From the NCBI GenBank assembly GCA_021613535.1, contig CP075493.1, positions 4,588,001-4,652,000 of the forward strand: a DNA stretch of 64,000 bases, in the 5' to 3' direction. This document shows positions 26,025-37,512 of this stretch, piece by piece; the stretch's first letter is position 1, and each line of letters starts with the position of its first letter. The stretch is from Adineta vaga. Taxonomy: Eukaryota; Animalia; Rotifera. The position numbers and the translations under genes are program-made. The notes beneath the pieces are model-generated. The model was given only the letters and a program-made list of their open reading frames with translations. It ran no database searches and was not told where the DNA came from.

Positions 26025-27797
26025 ATGGATAATCATCAAATAAGAAAAGGAAATCCAAAAGTTTTATTACGATTCTTTAGTGAACAATTTCACAAAAAGA
26101 ATGACTCCATTGGAGAACAATCGTTATTATCATCACAAACGGTAAGAAAAATTGGAACTATTGACGATTCACCATTATTTGCATTTACGGCAATTGAATC
26201 AAAAGAAAAAGATTCAACAAATGACAATTTCATTTCTTCACAAAAACCGCCTCACACATTAGTTGAAACACGTTTAAATCTTCATCGTGATATGAGATCT
26301 GGAAGTCAAAGATTTCGATGGAATTTAGTATTTAATTTGTTATTTTGGTTGATCGTGCCATTTCCATTTTGGATACCTTTTGTATCAAATGATATTGCCT
26401 TCATTTTGTTACCATCTATTCAAGCCATATTTGTTTTCATGTGGACAAGTAAGTACCATTTAATTTAGTTAATCTTTGAAATTTTCGATTTCATCTTTAT
26501 AAGTTATTGCTGTATTGGCTTTAAAAAATGCCTTGATTTTATATAAAAATCGTTTTCATAATTTTACCGACGATTATGTTAATCATAAACATGTATCAAT
26601 TCGTCATATCATTGCCATTAGTTGTTATAAAGAATCCGTAGAACTTATTGCTAAAAGTATTCAAACATTAGCAAATCAAACTGAAGTACATCGAATAACG
26701 ATGGTTATCTCCTTTGAACAGCGAACACCAGATAAAGAAAACAAATGTAAAATATTACAAGAAAAATTTCAAAATAGTGGCTTTCAACAGATTATATTCA
26801 CTATTCATCCATTTGGTTTACCGAACGAAATTCCAGGCAAATGTTCCAATGCAAATTATGGTCTTCGTACAGCTGTAAAAGAGATGGGTATTACTGATAA
26901 TGAAACAGATGATATTCTGATAACTACATGCGATGCAGATTCACAATTTCCACCTCAATATATTGCAGCTTTAACAAGCAAATATTTAAATGAAAATCGT
27001 CCCTCATTAACTACAATCTATCAATCACCTCTATTCTACAATTGGAAATTAGATAGTCTTTCATTTGTTACACGTGTAACAGGTTTATTACGAAGTTTTC
27101 TTATGTTAGGTGGATTGATTCCATTTAATATCAATACGATGAGTATATTTTCATTTTCATTAAGTCTGGCAAAGAAAGGTTATTATATTCATCCAAGTTA
27201 TCAGATGGATGATATTATTTGTCTTATTCGTTGGATGGGAGTTACACAACAACGATTGAGAATATCAATGATACCTGTACCGGTATTAAGTGGACCAACA
27301 TCAGGAGAAACCATTGAAATGGAAATCATAGAATGGGCAAGACAAGCTCGACGATGGACAATTGGAGCAGCCGAAGTCTTTCATTATTTTATGGTAAAAA
27401 CAAAACGAATACCAAAAATGGCTGCTTGTTCTTGGGGACTAGTTTTCATTATCTATTATGGTATTCCTTATGTACTGCTGGTCTATATGGTCTAACTTCG
27501 ATGATATCAATGTATTTTCTTGTCAAAAATGTTCCATTATTAATCATCTATCTCATGTACAGTTTATTCGCTGTACAAATGTTAACATTTTCTGTTGCAT
27601 TCATCATTGATATATTTATTCCTAAACTATTACATGTCGAGGAATGTATTTGTATTCTTCGAAATTTCTTTCATTTTATAATGACTCCATTTGTATTATT
27701 AGCATATTCATTGGTAGAATTTTATGCCTTACATGAAATTATTATTTATGGTAAAAAAGTGTGTAAACATGGTGCATCAACTAAAAATGTGCTTTAA
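26025..27797 (+). CDS. Membrane glycosyltransferase family 2, processive type (D,D,D,QxxRW); apparent 1-nt frameshift near 27466
   Basis: Intron 26449-26503 joins ORFs. Motifs CYKE, EIPGKCSN, TCDADS, QMDD, QARRW; N- and C-terminal TMs. The frame switches at attcctta (27463-27470) into ORF 27333-27797. Confidence 0.8.
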
Positions 27798-28240
27798 CCC
27801 AAAAAGAAAACATTTCATCATTTGTAATTTTTCTGATAATTTTCTCGTGACTCTTGTTCAGAAAAAAAAAACATTTCTCCTCAAATCTTCATTAATAATA
27901 GTAAACATCTCAAATAAAATGACAGAGCAATTGTGTAAACAAAAGAATATTTTTTTGTACTTTATTTTAACATGCAGACACAGAATGACAAGAACTCTTA
28001 TAATGTACACCACTTCATAGCAACATTTTTTTCTTCTTTATATTTTGCTGCCACATTGCATTTTCAACACAAAACATTTTCTTCACTAACGATCGATTTT
28101 TTCTTGTATATATTCGTACTAACAACCGAGATCAACATTTGTTTTTAGTACAAGTAACCTCATGTAAGTTTTCTTCACTGAAATGACAAAAAAACGAATG
28201 GTGGTATCGTCTTTCTTTTTTTATTGTCGAAGAATTAAAG

Positions 28241-28507
28241 ATGGTTCCACCTCTGGTTCAAAAATTTCTTCCTATTTTCAACTTTTTTATTGCATCAACA
28301 GCATTAGGTTTTCAAGTTACCGTTCTCTATCCATGGCATAATCAATTAGAAAAAGATTTCAATGGTTTACAACATCAACAAGAAACCAAATTACATGAAT
28401 ATCATGAATTGAGAATGCAAAATATCAAGAATATTGAAGCATATTTGAGTAAACTTACTTTGGATCAATGTGAAAAGGAATTAGAAATCGAAGAAGAAAG
28501 AATGTAA
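28241..28507 (+). CDS. 88-aa single-TM plus coiled-coil protein, fungal-type FQVxVLYPWH family (copy B)
   Basis: Paralogue of 20298-20564, same length and strand. Confidence 0.8.
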   Translation: MVPPLVQKFLPIFNFFIASTALGFQVTVLYPWHNQLEKDFNGLQHQQETKLHEYHELRMQNIKNIEAYLSKLTLDQCEKELEIEEERM

Positions 28508-28836
28508 TATGAATTTGTGAACTTGTAACATGATAAATAAATGGACGAGAGTTTATTTTAGTACCGATAATTTAGATGACAATTTTGATTTTATTTTATG
28601 ATGAAATCTTTCTTTTGAAAAGAATAAAAATGCGTTCTTCACGAATGATATATAAATCCATTTTCTTTCTATTCCTATGAATAAATAAATGATAAACAAC
28701 AACAACAACAACAACAGAATGACTCAGAGTAAATCAAATGACTACGACATTTTCTCATATCTAATCTCAGTTTGTCAATATATGCTAGTATTTTTTTCTA
28801 AATCAAAAGAGTAATTGGTATTTAAAATAACTTTCT

Positions 28837-30100
28837 ATGCACATCGTTTTTCTTCTATTGTTCATTTCTATTATGAAAAGCGAAGAATTCATTCTACAAT
28901 TTCCTCCATCACTATCTACATTTGAAGAGGCTTTACATGATGCATATATTCCTGGTATTGTTGCAATAGTAATCAATCGTAATGATATTCTCTATAATCA
29001 AGCGATTGGATATCATTCACCAATAATTTCTAATGAACGTCAATCAATGGATTCAGAAAAATCTGTTTTCGTATTGGCATCCATATCGAAAACATTCGTT
29101 TCTGTAGCTGTTATGCAATTGGTCGAATCGAAACAATTAAATTTAGATACAGATATCAATAGTTATCTATCATCGGTTATGAAAATTATTCATCCGTTAC
29201 ACTCAACTATTCCAATTACGTTACGACATTTACTTTCGCATACAGCTGGTATTAAATCAAATTTTGAAGAAGAACTTAAACATTATCAACCAACAGATGA
29301 TTTTCTAAAATCAAATCTCTCTGAAACTATTTCAAAATATTTATCGAATAAATTCAATTGGTCATCTCAATCACCTGGTAATATTACTGAATATTCCAAC
29401 ATTGGTATTAGTTTAGCTGCATTGATTGTCGAACTTGTAACACATACAACATTTGAACAATATGTACAAGATAGAATTCTAAAACATTTAGGTATTTATG
29501 AACATGAAGCTGGATATAGAATTAGTAATTTCGAAAATCGAAAAGAAGATCTTGTCGAACATTATATTTATAATGCTTCGTGGTTAGAACAATTTCATCA
29601 ACTAGTACCGCAATTAAACATCGTTCAAGTATACATTTCATTTAGAAAACTATATTTAATTATTATTATTATTCTAGGCTAAGAATTCATCCGATTGGTT
29701 GTATGTTCCTCACTATGGTGCAAAAGATTATCCCGCCGGTAGTCTTCGTATGTCTGCTCATTCACTTGCTATTTTTCTTCAATCATTTCTAAATGATTTT
29801 CCAACATTGTTACAAAACTCTTCCTCAGTCGACGAAATGCTTCGAATTGTTCGACATAAAGATTCTGATGTTGATTATGGTCTCGTTTGGAATTGGCGAC
29901 GAATAAACGGACGATATTTAGTTGGACATCGAGGTGCAGTACCGGGTGTTACTAATATCATGATGGCCAATGAAAAACGAACACTCGGTGTGATTATTTT
30001 ATCAAATGGTGATATTACTAAAAATGATGATCAAGCAAAAAGAGTGTATGAAACAATTATTAATATCATGTCAAAACTATTCGATTATTTCGAAAAATAA
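28837..30100 (+). CDS. Secreted beta-lactamase/PBP-fold serine hydrolase (class C/AmpC-like family)
   Basis: Signal peptide; SxxK (ASISKT), LLSHTAG, YSN, HRG triad. Intron 29629-29677 joins the two ORFs in frame. Confidence 0.9.
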
Positions 30101-30105
30101 AAATC

Positions 30106-32617
30106 TTAAATATGACAGGAACATCCATGATCGATTTCACATGTGACAATCATCGTTGATACTTCTGATATTGATTGAAACAAACATTGAACAGTATAGA
30201 TATTCACTTGTTCAAAAACATGTTTCGTATGTCCGATTGTTATTGAGACTTGTTCTCCGGAAACTCCGATAACATGTAAATCAAGACGATCAGTTGTATT
30301 GAATGAAAATTGAACTAAGTCAAAACGTTGTTGTGTAATTGGTAATTGTTTATTTAATTCACCGAATAGAATCCAATTCGATACTTGTGAAACAGGTACA
30401 AATACAAAAAGATGAAATGGCGAATAGAATGTTGTCAAATCTTGTGCACACGATGGCATTATTATCTTTGAAGAATTTTCTGATGTCAACCAAAAATATT
30501 CCATAGGATTATTTAAATCATAAACAATATAAATATTCGAAATATTTCGATTTAAATTATCTTCATCTTGTGTAGTAGCTAATTCATTCCATGTAAATGC
30601 ATAAGATTCAGTTAGATTCGTTATCATTATATATTCAACAAAGATAGTTTGTTGTGCATCAGAACCGTACGTATGCCACATTTCTCCTTTTGGACCGTTC
30701 ATACTTAAAAATGTAGAGTCCATTGCGTGGCAGGTCGTGTTGGACGAAAAAGAACACCATCCGATCGACATAATCGATTCACAATTGTTGAATTTGTATT
30801 ACCAATCTTATCCGATATAGCAACACCACCTATTCAAGAATAAAATTAAGAATAAACGAAAGATATCTTTATCTATTCTTCTTACCTAAACTCATCAATG
30901 CTACGAGAGCATTTAAAACAATATTTGGTTCCGTGAAATTTCCATATGTTGATTGTGGTTGAATCGAAGTTGTCCAAAATGTATCTTTGAATGGTATAAC
31001 ACCAATAGCCCATGTAATCATCGATGCTCGACCAATATTCCATTGATTAATATTTGTTGAATAATCATCACTGATACGAATGTAATGTACCTGAGTATTT
31101 TCTAATGTTTCTAATATATCAGGAATTAATGGCATACAATAGATGAGTTTAATTCCAGCTTGTTTAGCACCTTCAGCTAAATGTAAATGATATTGTCGAG
31201 CAGTATATACATCATAAGATGAATCGGGCATGTCTTCATAAACAGATGAAAGCCAATCTTGAATAAGAATTTCTACACCCCATTGTTTAATTTGTGAAAA
31301 AATTTTATTAAAAAATCGTTGATCTATTGGTAAAGAAACTTTACCATTTGTACCATTTATGAATTGATATTTTTGTTGATATAAATTATCTGTTGAATAA
31401 TATTTATGATGAACAATTAAAGGTGTTTTTAGAACAGTTCGTTGTAAGTTTTCTATTCCATTTGGAAATACATCTGGTCGTGGTTCATATAATTTGATTC
31501 CACCATGTTCACCTGTATTATTATTTTGTTTATAATACCAATATGAATCTAATTCATAATATTGTATAGGAATTTGTTGAGTTAAATGATATTGTTTAAG
31601 CTTAATGAATGTTTCTTCATAAGTTAAATTCGATTCTTTATTATACCAATAATACGCACCTGTATCTGTATAATAACCTAATTTAGATACGTAGAAATCA
31701 TTGTGAAATGTCTTTTGATCTTTTACATGTTCTTTGCCGTAATATTGTAACATCAATTTTCCCCAATGATTGATTATTTTATTGATACCTTCATTGTTTT
31801 GTGATGCTAATAGAATAGTTGAAAGAGAAAATGATTGATCAATTTGACGAATACGTCCATGTAAACCACAACAGAAATGATAATTCAATGATGGTGAACG
31901 TGATTGAAAATTTGTCATGAAATTTGTTAATGATGAAAGAAGAATATTCGAATCAATTTTAGTTAAATTGTATAATAATAAAGGATTACCACTGTATAAT
32001 CCACCATTGAAAATATTTTTTAAACCAATTCCACGCATATTCAAATCCCAAGTATCGAGGAAAGTAAAATGACCTAATTGATCAATAAGATATTGATCTG
32101 TTTGATTGTAGGAAACTTTAAATCGTGGAAACGCTGTTGATATATCTTTAAATGCAGAAAACACATCACCAGTTGCCATACCATCAAGATCAACAGGAAA
32201 ATATTGTTCAAATAGAATTATTGCTTGATCTTGAAAGATTTTAAATGATGTTTCCCAAATACAAACATTAGCGTTCATTTGATAAGACCAACGAAGTGAT
32301 AGTTTATCAAATGAACCAAATACCACATCAGTTCCATTGGTTTGATATTGTTCAATTAAATATAAAGGTAACATTGGTATAGATTCTTCTTGTGGTTTGG
32401 ATGAATAAAAAGTTTGATTAAAATGAATAAAAAATGGACCACTTTCAAACCATATTTGATTATCACGTTCAATCTGATATTCAAGTGTATCAGTATTCCA
32501 ATGAAGGCTCACAATATTCTTATATGAATGAAATATTTGATGATTGTTTTGTGCGTGTACATAGGAAAGTGTACTGAAGAATAGAAGATATTGTACGATT
32601 GAAATATGAACAAACAT
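30106..32617 (-). CDS. Secreted TIM-barrel glycoside-hydrolase-like protein (GH-D clan / Sip1-like); apparent 1-nt frameshift near 30727
   Basis: Signal peptide MFVHISIVQYLLFFSTLSYVHAQ; motifs YYTDTGAYYWY, ELDSYWY, VFPNGI, QDWL, YCMP, RISDDY, G|GVAISD...CRSDGVLFRPTRPA. Intron 30830-30885; the frame shifts at gccacgcaatg into ORF 30106-30771. Confidence 0.6.
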
Positions 32618-33081
32618 TGGTATAATAATTTTAATACAAAAAATAGTTTGAAAAACAACCAAGATTCATGAATCTGTTCTATATAATGTTTATCATAGAT
32701 AAAATCTTATCTATATGTTCCTTTTCATTCTAAAGGTAATGACTCGTAGTTTTTACTTTTTAAAGGAACAAATATTTTCATTAGTAGACAATGAATTTCA
32801 GTCTTATTTCTCATAAGCGAAATCTAATCCCTATACATCGATCTTTTCGTTTGCTTCTAATGATTTATACAGTATTTTTAGTATATCAGAGATTATATAT
32901 TTCTAAGTAATTTCTTCTTCGAAATAGATGAGTTAATCGAGTCGAAAGAGCATATTTTTGCAGAATATTATTAGTCCAAAACAAACAATTTTGAAGGAAG
33001 AACCATGGAATTGATTAGCAATTGATATTTGAGTTTGGTTCTTCCTCAATAATGACCATGAATTCTCAGCAAATTCACGAG

Positions 33082-33861
33082 CTAATGCACTAATCTACAA
33101 CCATCATTTAACAATATATATATTTGTATTCGTTCTCTTACTTGATCGATCGTTTCATTATTATTACAATTATTGGCATGACATATTAAAGTATAATGAA
33201 CATCTTCATCGGTTAATCGATGTGGATCGTAAGCTTTATTATAAGAATAGATAAATTCAGTTAAATGATTGTGAAGACATTTTCGTGGAGTATTTGATAA
33301 TGCCCAACATGTTGTTTCATTTTTTGAACATAGAACAGTTTGATTTAGTGAATCATCAAAACATGCAATAGAATTTGATGTATTCGGATGAAGAAATGGA
33401 TAAAGAATCAAAAAAGTAGATTGACGATCTCTAAGAGATACAAATCGAGGCCAAAAATGATTCAATAGATGTTCAGTACATTGATCTCTGTGTTGACATT
33501 GAAGAAAAATATATAATTGAGTTCTATTCTTATCGTTTATATTAAATTTAACTGTATAACGAAGAATAATTGAAGCATCTGGATTCATTTGAAGAAGATT
33601 CATTGGAAAAGAGTGTGGTGATTGAGTCATACTTGATGAACTTTGGAAGGAAATATAGATAATTTGATCATTAAAATCAATTTTAAGATATACAAAACAT
33701 GATGCTGATTGAATCATCGAACATTTATCATATAGTTCTTTATGTTTAGGTGTACTCGGATTGAGACCAAGTTTAATCTGACATTGAGAACCACCAGCAC
33801 AATTCAATGAAGAAGAAAATGGCATGAAAAAAGTTATTATGATAAAAAATAGGTAAATCAT
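33082..33861 (-). CDS. Secreted cysteine-rich protein with Ly6/three-finger-like CxxxxCN end (3' exon uncertain)
   Basis: Signal peptide MIYLFFIIITFFMPFSSSLNC; two Cys clusters ending CQHRDQC and CHANNCN; GTAAG donor near 33141 suggests a further exon toward ~32900. Confidence 0.55.
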   Translation of the reverse strand: MIYLFFIIITFFMPFSSSLNCAGGSQCQIKLGLNPSTPKHKELYDKCSMIQSASCFVYLKIDFNDQIIYISFQSSSSMTQSPHSFPMNLLQMNPDASIILRYTVKFNINDKNRTQLYIFLQCQHRDQCTEHLLNHFWPRFVSLRDRQSTFLILYPFLHPNTSNSIACFDDSLNQTVLCSKNETTCWALSNTPRKCLHNHLTEFIYSYNKAYDPHRLTDEDVHYTLICHANNCNNNETIDQVRERIQIYILLNDGCRLVH

Positions 33862-34139
33862 TTTCTTTTGAATGAGAAAGGAAAAAAAGTAACTAAATTG
33901 AGCGCTGATTTTTTTTCTATCGATTTGTCATCGAGCTGCTCTATGATTCATATCCACAGAGATAAAGAAAGATTGGTAGATAAATGCACCGACAAAGAAA
34001 TAAATCTTTTGATGACCTATATAATGGATTTACATAGTTTCTATCTCTCGAAAGAGTATATTCAGGAGAGAATAACAATATACATATCATATGGTTATAC
34101 AGAACCAACATTTCTTTCATTTGACATATCTCCTATGAA

Positions 34140-35750
34140 ATGATACGTTCGAATTACAGTCGTTGGAGATCATTATGTCTACCATATGGTCTTATTTATA
34201 CTTTTCTTAGTATAATTATTCTATGTCTAATAATTCTAACTATAATCTTTTCAAATTTCAAACATACTTCTACGACATCCACATCACTTCGTACTGTTAT
34301 CAATGATCTTATTGGTTCTCCATTACATTTCTCTAAAGATGATCAATATGTACATTGGACATTTTTGCATATGAATGATATTTACGAATTATTACCACTC
34401 GATCATGGACGTAAAGGTGGTTTAGCACGTGTTGCTTATGTTCGTCAATTATTAAAAGAAGAAAATCCACATACATATACAATTCTTGCTGGTGATCTTC
34501 TTTCTCCATCAGCATTGAGTTCATCAAAAGTCAATGGAACAAATTTAAATGGTAAACAAATGATTGCAACAATGAATACACTCGGTCTTGATTTGATGAC
34601 ATTTGGAAATCATGAATTTGATTTAACTGAAAATGATTTACTTACACGAATGAATGAATCAACATTTACATGGATTAGTTCTAATGTCTTTCGAAAAGAT
34701 TCAAATAAATTATTTGGTTCAAGTATTTCACATAAAATTATTACGATTGATACAGTTCGAATACTTTTCATTGGTTTAACGATTGATGATAATCAACCTT
34801 ATGTTCATATTATCAATCGATCATCACTTATTACTTATGTTCAACAATATTTACATCAATTTCCTAATGGAACATATGATATTCTTGTTGCTATAACTCA
34901 TTTAGATAAATCATTGGATATAAAACTTGCTAAACAAATTCCTCAAATTGATTTAATTCTTGGTGGACATGAACATGAAAATCAATATTATGTTCGAGGA
35001 TATCAACAAACATCTATTTATAAAGCTGATGCAAATGCATTCACAGTCTATATACTTCGTTGTTCATATAATTTAAAAACGAAACAATTTCATATCTATC
35101 CAACTTTATCTCGAATCACATCGGACATTCCTGAAGAAGAAAAAACAGCTCAGATAGCTAATTATTGGTTTAATTTAGGTATTGAAGGATTTCGTACATT
35201 AGGTTTTGAAGTACATGATATTGTTTCATGTCTTCCATCAAATATTGAATTAGATGGTCGATCGGAATCCATACAAATCTTTTCAACACATTTAACTGAT
35301 TTAATTTGTCAAAGTATGATTAAAGCAACTGAATCAACTCAAACAACGATTGGTTTCTTTAAAACTGGTACAATTCGTATCGATGATATTCTTCGTGGTA
35401 CAATTACACAATATGATATTTTACGTACATTACCTTTCACAAATTATGTTCAAAGTCTGTCAATATCTGGTAGATTACTTGCACAAATCTTGAGTGAAAA
35501 TTCATCACAACGAAGAAAAGGTTCATTACTTGTTTATGTTGGAGTCGAAACATTCGATCATGGTCAAACATGGTTAGTTGATGGAATGAATATTTTAACT
35601 AGTAATCGAAATTATCGTATTGCAACAACGGATTATACATATCGACGACTTGATTTAAATGATTCAGATGTCAATTTTTTATCAAAAAGTAATTTAACCC
35701 TTTCAAAATGTTTTATTGAGTATTTAAAAATAAAATATCCACCTTGTTGA
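34140..35750 (+). CDS. Type II membrane 5'-nucleotidase (metallophosphoesterase plus 5'-NT C-terminal domain), intronless
   Basis: N-terminal TM; HMNDIYE, GGLARVA, AGDLLSPS, GNHEFD, THL, GGHEH; C-domain TGTIRID and DILRTLPF. Confidence 0.92.
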   Translation: MIRSNYSRWRSLCLPYGLIYTFLSIIILCLIILTIIFSNFKHTSTTSTSLRTVINDLIGSPLHFSKDDQYVHWTFLHMNDIYELLPLDHGRKGGLARVAYVRQLLKEENPHTYTILAGDLLSPSALSSSKVNGTNLNGKQMIATMNTLGLDLMTFGNHEFDLTENDLLTRMNESTFTWISSNVFRKDSNKLFGSSISHKIITIDTVRILFIGLTIDDNQPYVHIINRSSLITYVQQYLHQFPNGTYDILVAITHLDKSLDIKLAKQIPQIDLILGGHEHENQYYVRGYQQTSIYKADANAFTVYILRCSYNLKTKQFHIYPTLSRITSDIPEEEKTAQIANYWFNLGIEGFRTLGFEVHDIVSCLPSNIELDGRSESIQIFSTHLTDLICQSMIKATESTQTTIGFFKTGTIRIDDILRGTITQYDILRTLPFTNYVQSLSISGRLLAQILSENSSQRRKGSLLVYVGVETFDHGQTWLVDGMNILTSNRNYRIATTDYTYRRLDLNDSDVNFLSKSNLTLSKCFIEYLKIKYPPC

Positions 35751-35947
35751 CAATAAAAACTCTCAGTTCAATGATTGGTTATAAAATACATCGATTGATG
35801 TCATTATTATTTTCTTTCTTTCTTCTTGTTCGATACTATATGATTCATTTCTTTCTTCCATATTAGAAGCACATTTCTTTTTTAGACCACCATTAAATCT
35901 GTAATTCTCTTCTTTCTGTGGCACATACATTTCTTTCATCACATGTT

Positions 35948-37002
35948 ATGTTACGATTAAGATTAATTCTCCTCTTATTATCTTATCATATTCTTCATGT
36001 TAATGCATGGGGAGCAATCGGTCATAATCTCGTTGCACGTCTTGCTCAAAGTCAATTAAATTCAACGACAAATCATTGGATTGGACAGTATCTTTCATCA
36101 GATCTTCATAATGATTTAGGTAGAATAGCTTCTTGGCCTGATCTTATACTTTATCCTGATACAAATCCATTTGATTATGTTCATTGGCAATGGTCACGTG
36201 AATTACATTATATTAATACTCCAGCTTGGAGTTGCAATTATATTCCATCACGTGATTGTATCAGAGATCGATGTATTGAAGGTGCATTGAAAAATTATTC
36301 ACAACGATTAATTAATAAAGATGGTAATTATGTTCAACAACAAGAAGCATTAAGATTTCTTGTACATTTTCTCGGTGATATTCATCAACCATTACATAGT
36401 GGTTTTAAAACTGATCAAGGAGGAAATAATGTTAAAGGTAAATTGATTTATCATTCAAATAGATTTTCATTTACAGTTTTTATTTAGGATTTTTTCTTAA
36501 TGGAACAAATCTTACGAATTTACATACGATATGGGATGTCGAAATCATTGCCACTCGTATTCAACGACATTTTCAATCGGATGTTAATCTTTATTATAAT
36601 TATTTATTAACTTTGATGTTAAATCAATCTGTAACGATGAATGAAACATACAATGATTTTCAAGCATGGGCACAAGAAAGTGTCAATTATGTTTGTGAAC
36701 AAGTTTATTTGGATGATAATGGAAATAAATTGAATGTTTCAATGAATTTTACATTAGGAGAAAATTATTTCAATAGAAATTGGCCTTTAGTTGATCAACG
36801 TTTAGCACAAGCAGGACGACGATTAGCTGCATTATTAAATCGATTGTTTGAAAGTCGAACACCAACGAAACTTCCACCTGATGTACAAGCTTTGATTATT
36901 ATGTTATGCATTGCATTAGCTGTCTTTATGTTTGCTGGTTTAGGATTTTATTTCTACAAACCACCAGAAATCCCTGATAGAACACCTTTATTATCGGAGT
37001 AA
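35948..37002 (+). CDS. S1/P1 nuclease with signal peptide and C-terminal TM anchor
   Basis: Signal peptide followed by WGAIGH (Trp1/His6); SWPD; LHYINTP; HFLGDIHQPLH; GGN; NLHTIWD (after intron 36438-36487); RLAQAGRRLA; TM; cytosolic tail DRTPLLSE. Confidence 0.93.
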
Positions 37003-37512
37003 TTGTATTGTACTATGTCTTTTTGTTGTATCAAATAGATCTGTTAGATTGATTTTTTTGTATAAATTCTATAATCCAACGTTTATTAGAATGATACTAT
37101 AGTTCTTTATTCATATTGAGCAAAATGACAACAATTTTATTTGTTAGTAAAGTAACTAATGATGATTAGTGAGAAAAATCTGGTAATATTATATTTCGAA
37201 GAGTTCATCGATGAAAAATTCATGCACAATTTAGAACATTTTTTTCGTATGATGCACTCATATCATCATTCCAATCATAATTAAAGACAACATACATTGT
37301 TTCATTACTGCTTGAAAATACTCAACAGTGGAGATATAAGATGGGCAAAACTGAAGAAATAACTAATCTCGATGTTCTCAAATTGAGAAATACATATAAT
37401 TGTTCAACAATTGACTTCTTCATATTCGATTTTTCTAAATCTTTCTCGTGCTTATTCAATAAATTCATAGCAAACGTCAAAAAAAAGAAATATGTCATAT
37501 GATTAGTTCAAT

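Noticed and set aside
27460-27475. Programmed ribosomal frameshifting at the GT2, GH and MFS frame breaks
   Set aside because: No slippery heptamer or shared signal; assembly error or mutation is simpler.
30106-32617. Calling the glycosidase an alpha-1,4-glucan lyase (GH31)
   Set aside because: No GH31 WxDMNE-type nucleophile motif; kept only as a speculative hypothesis.
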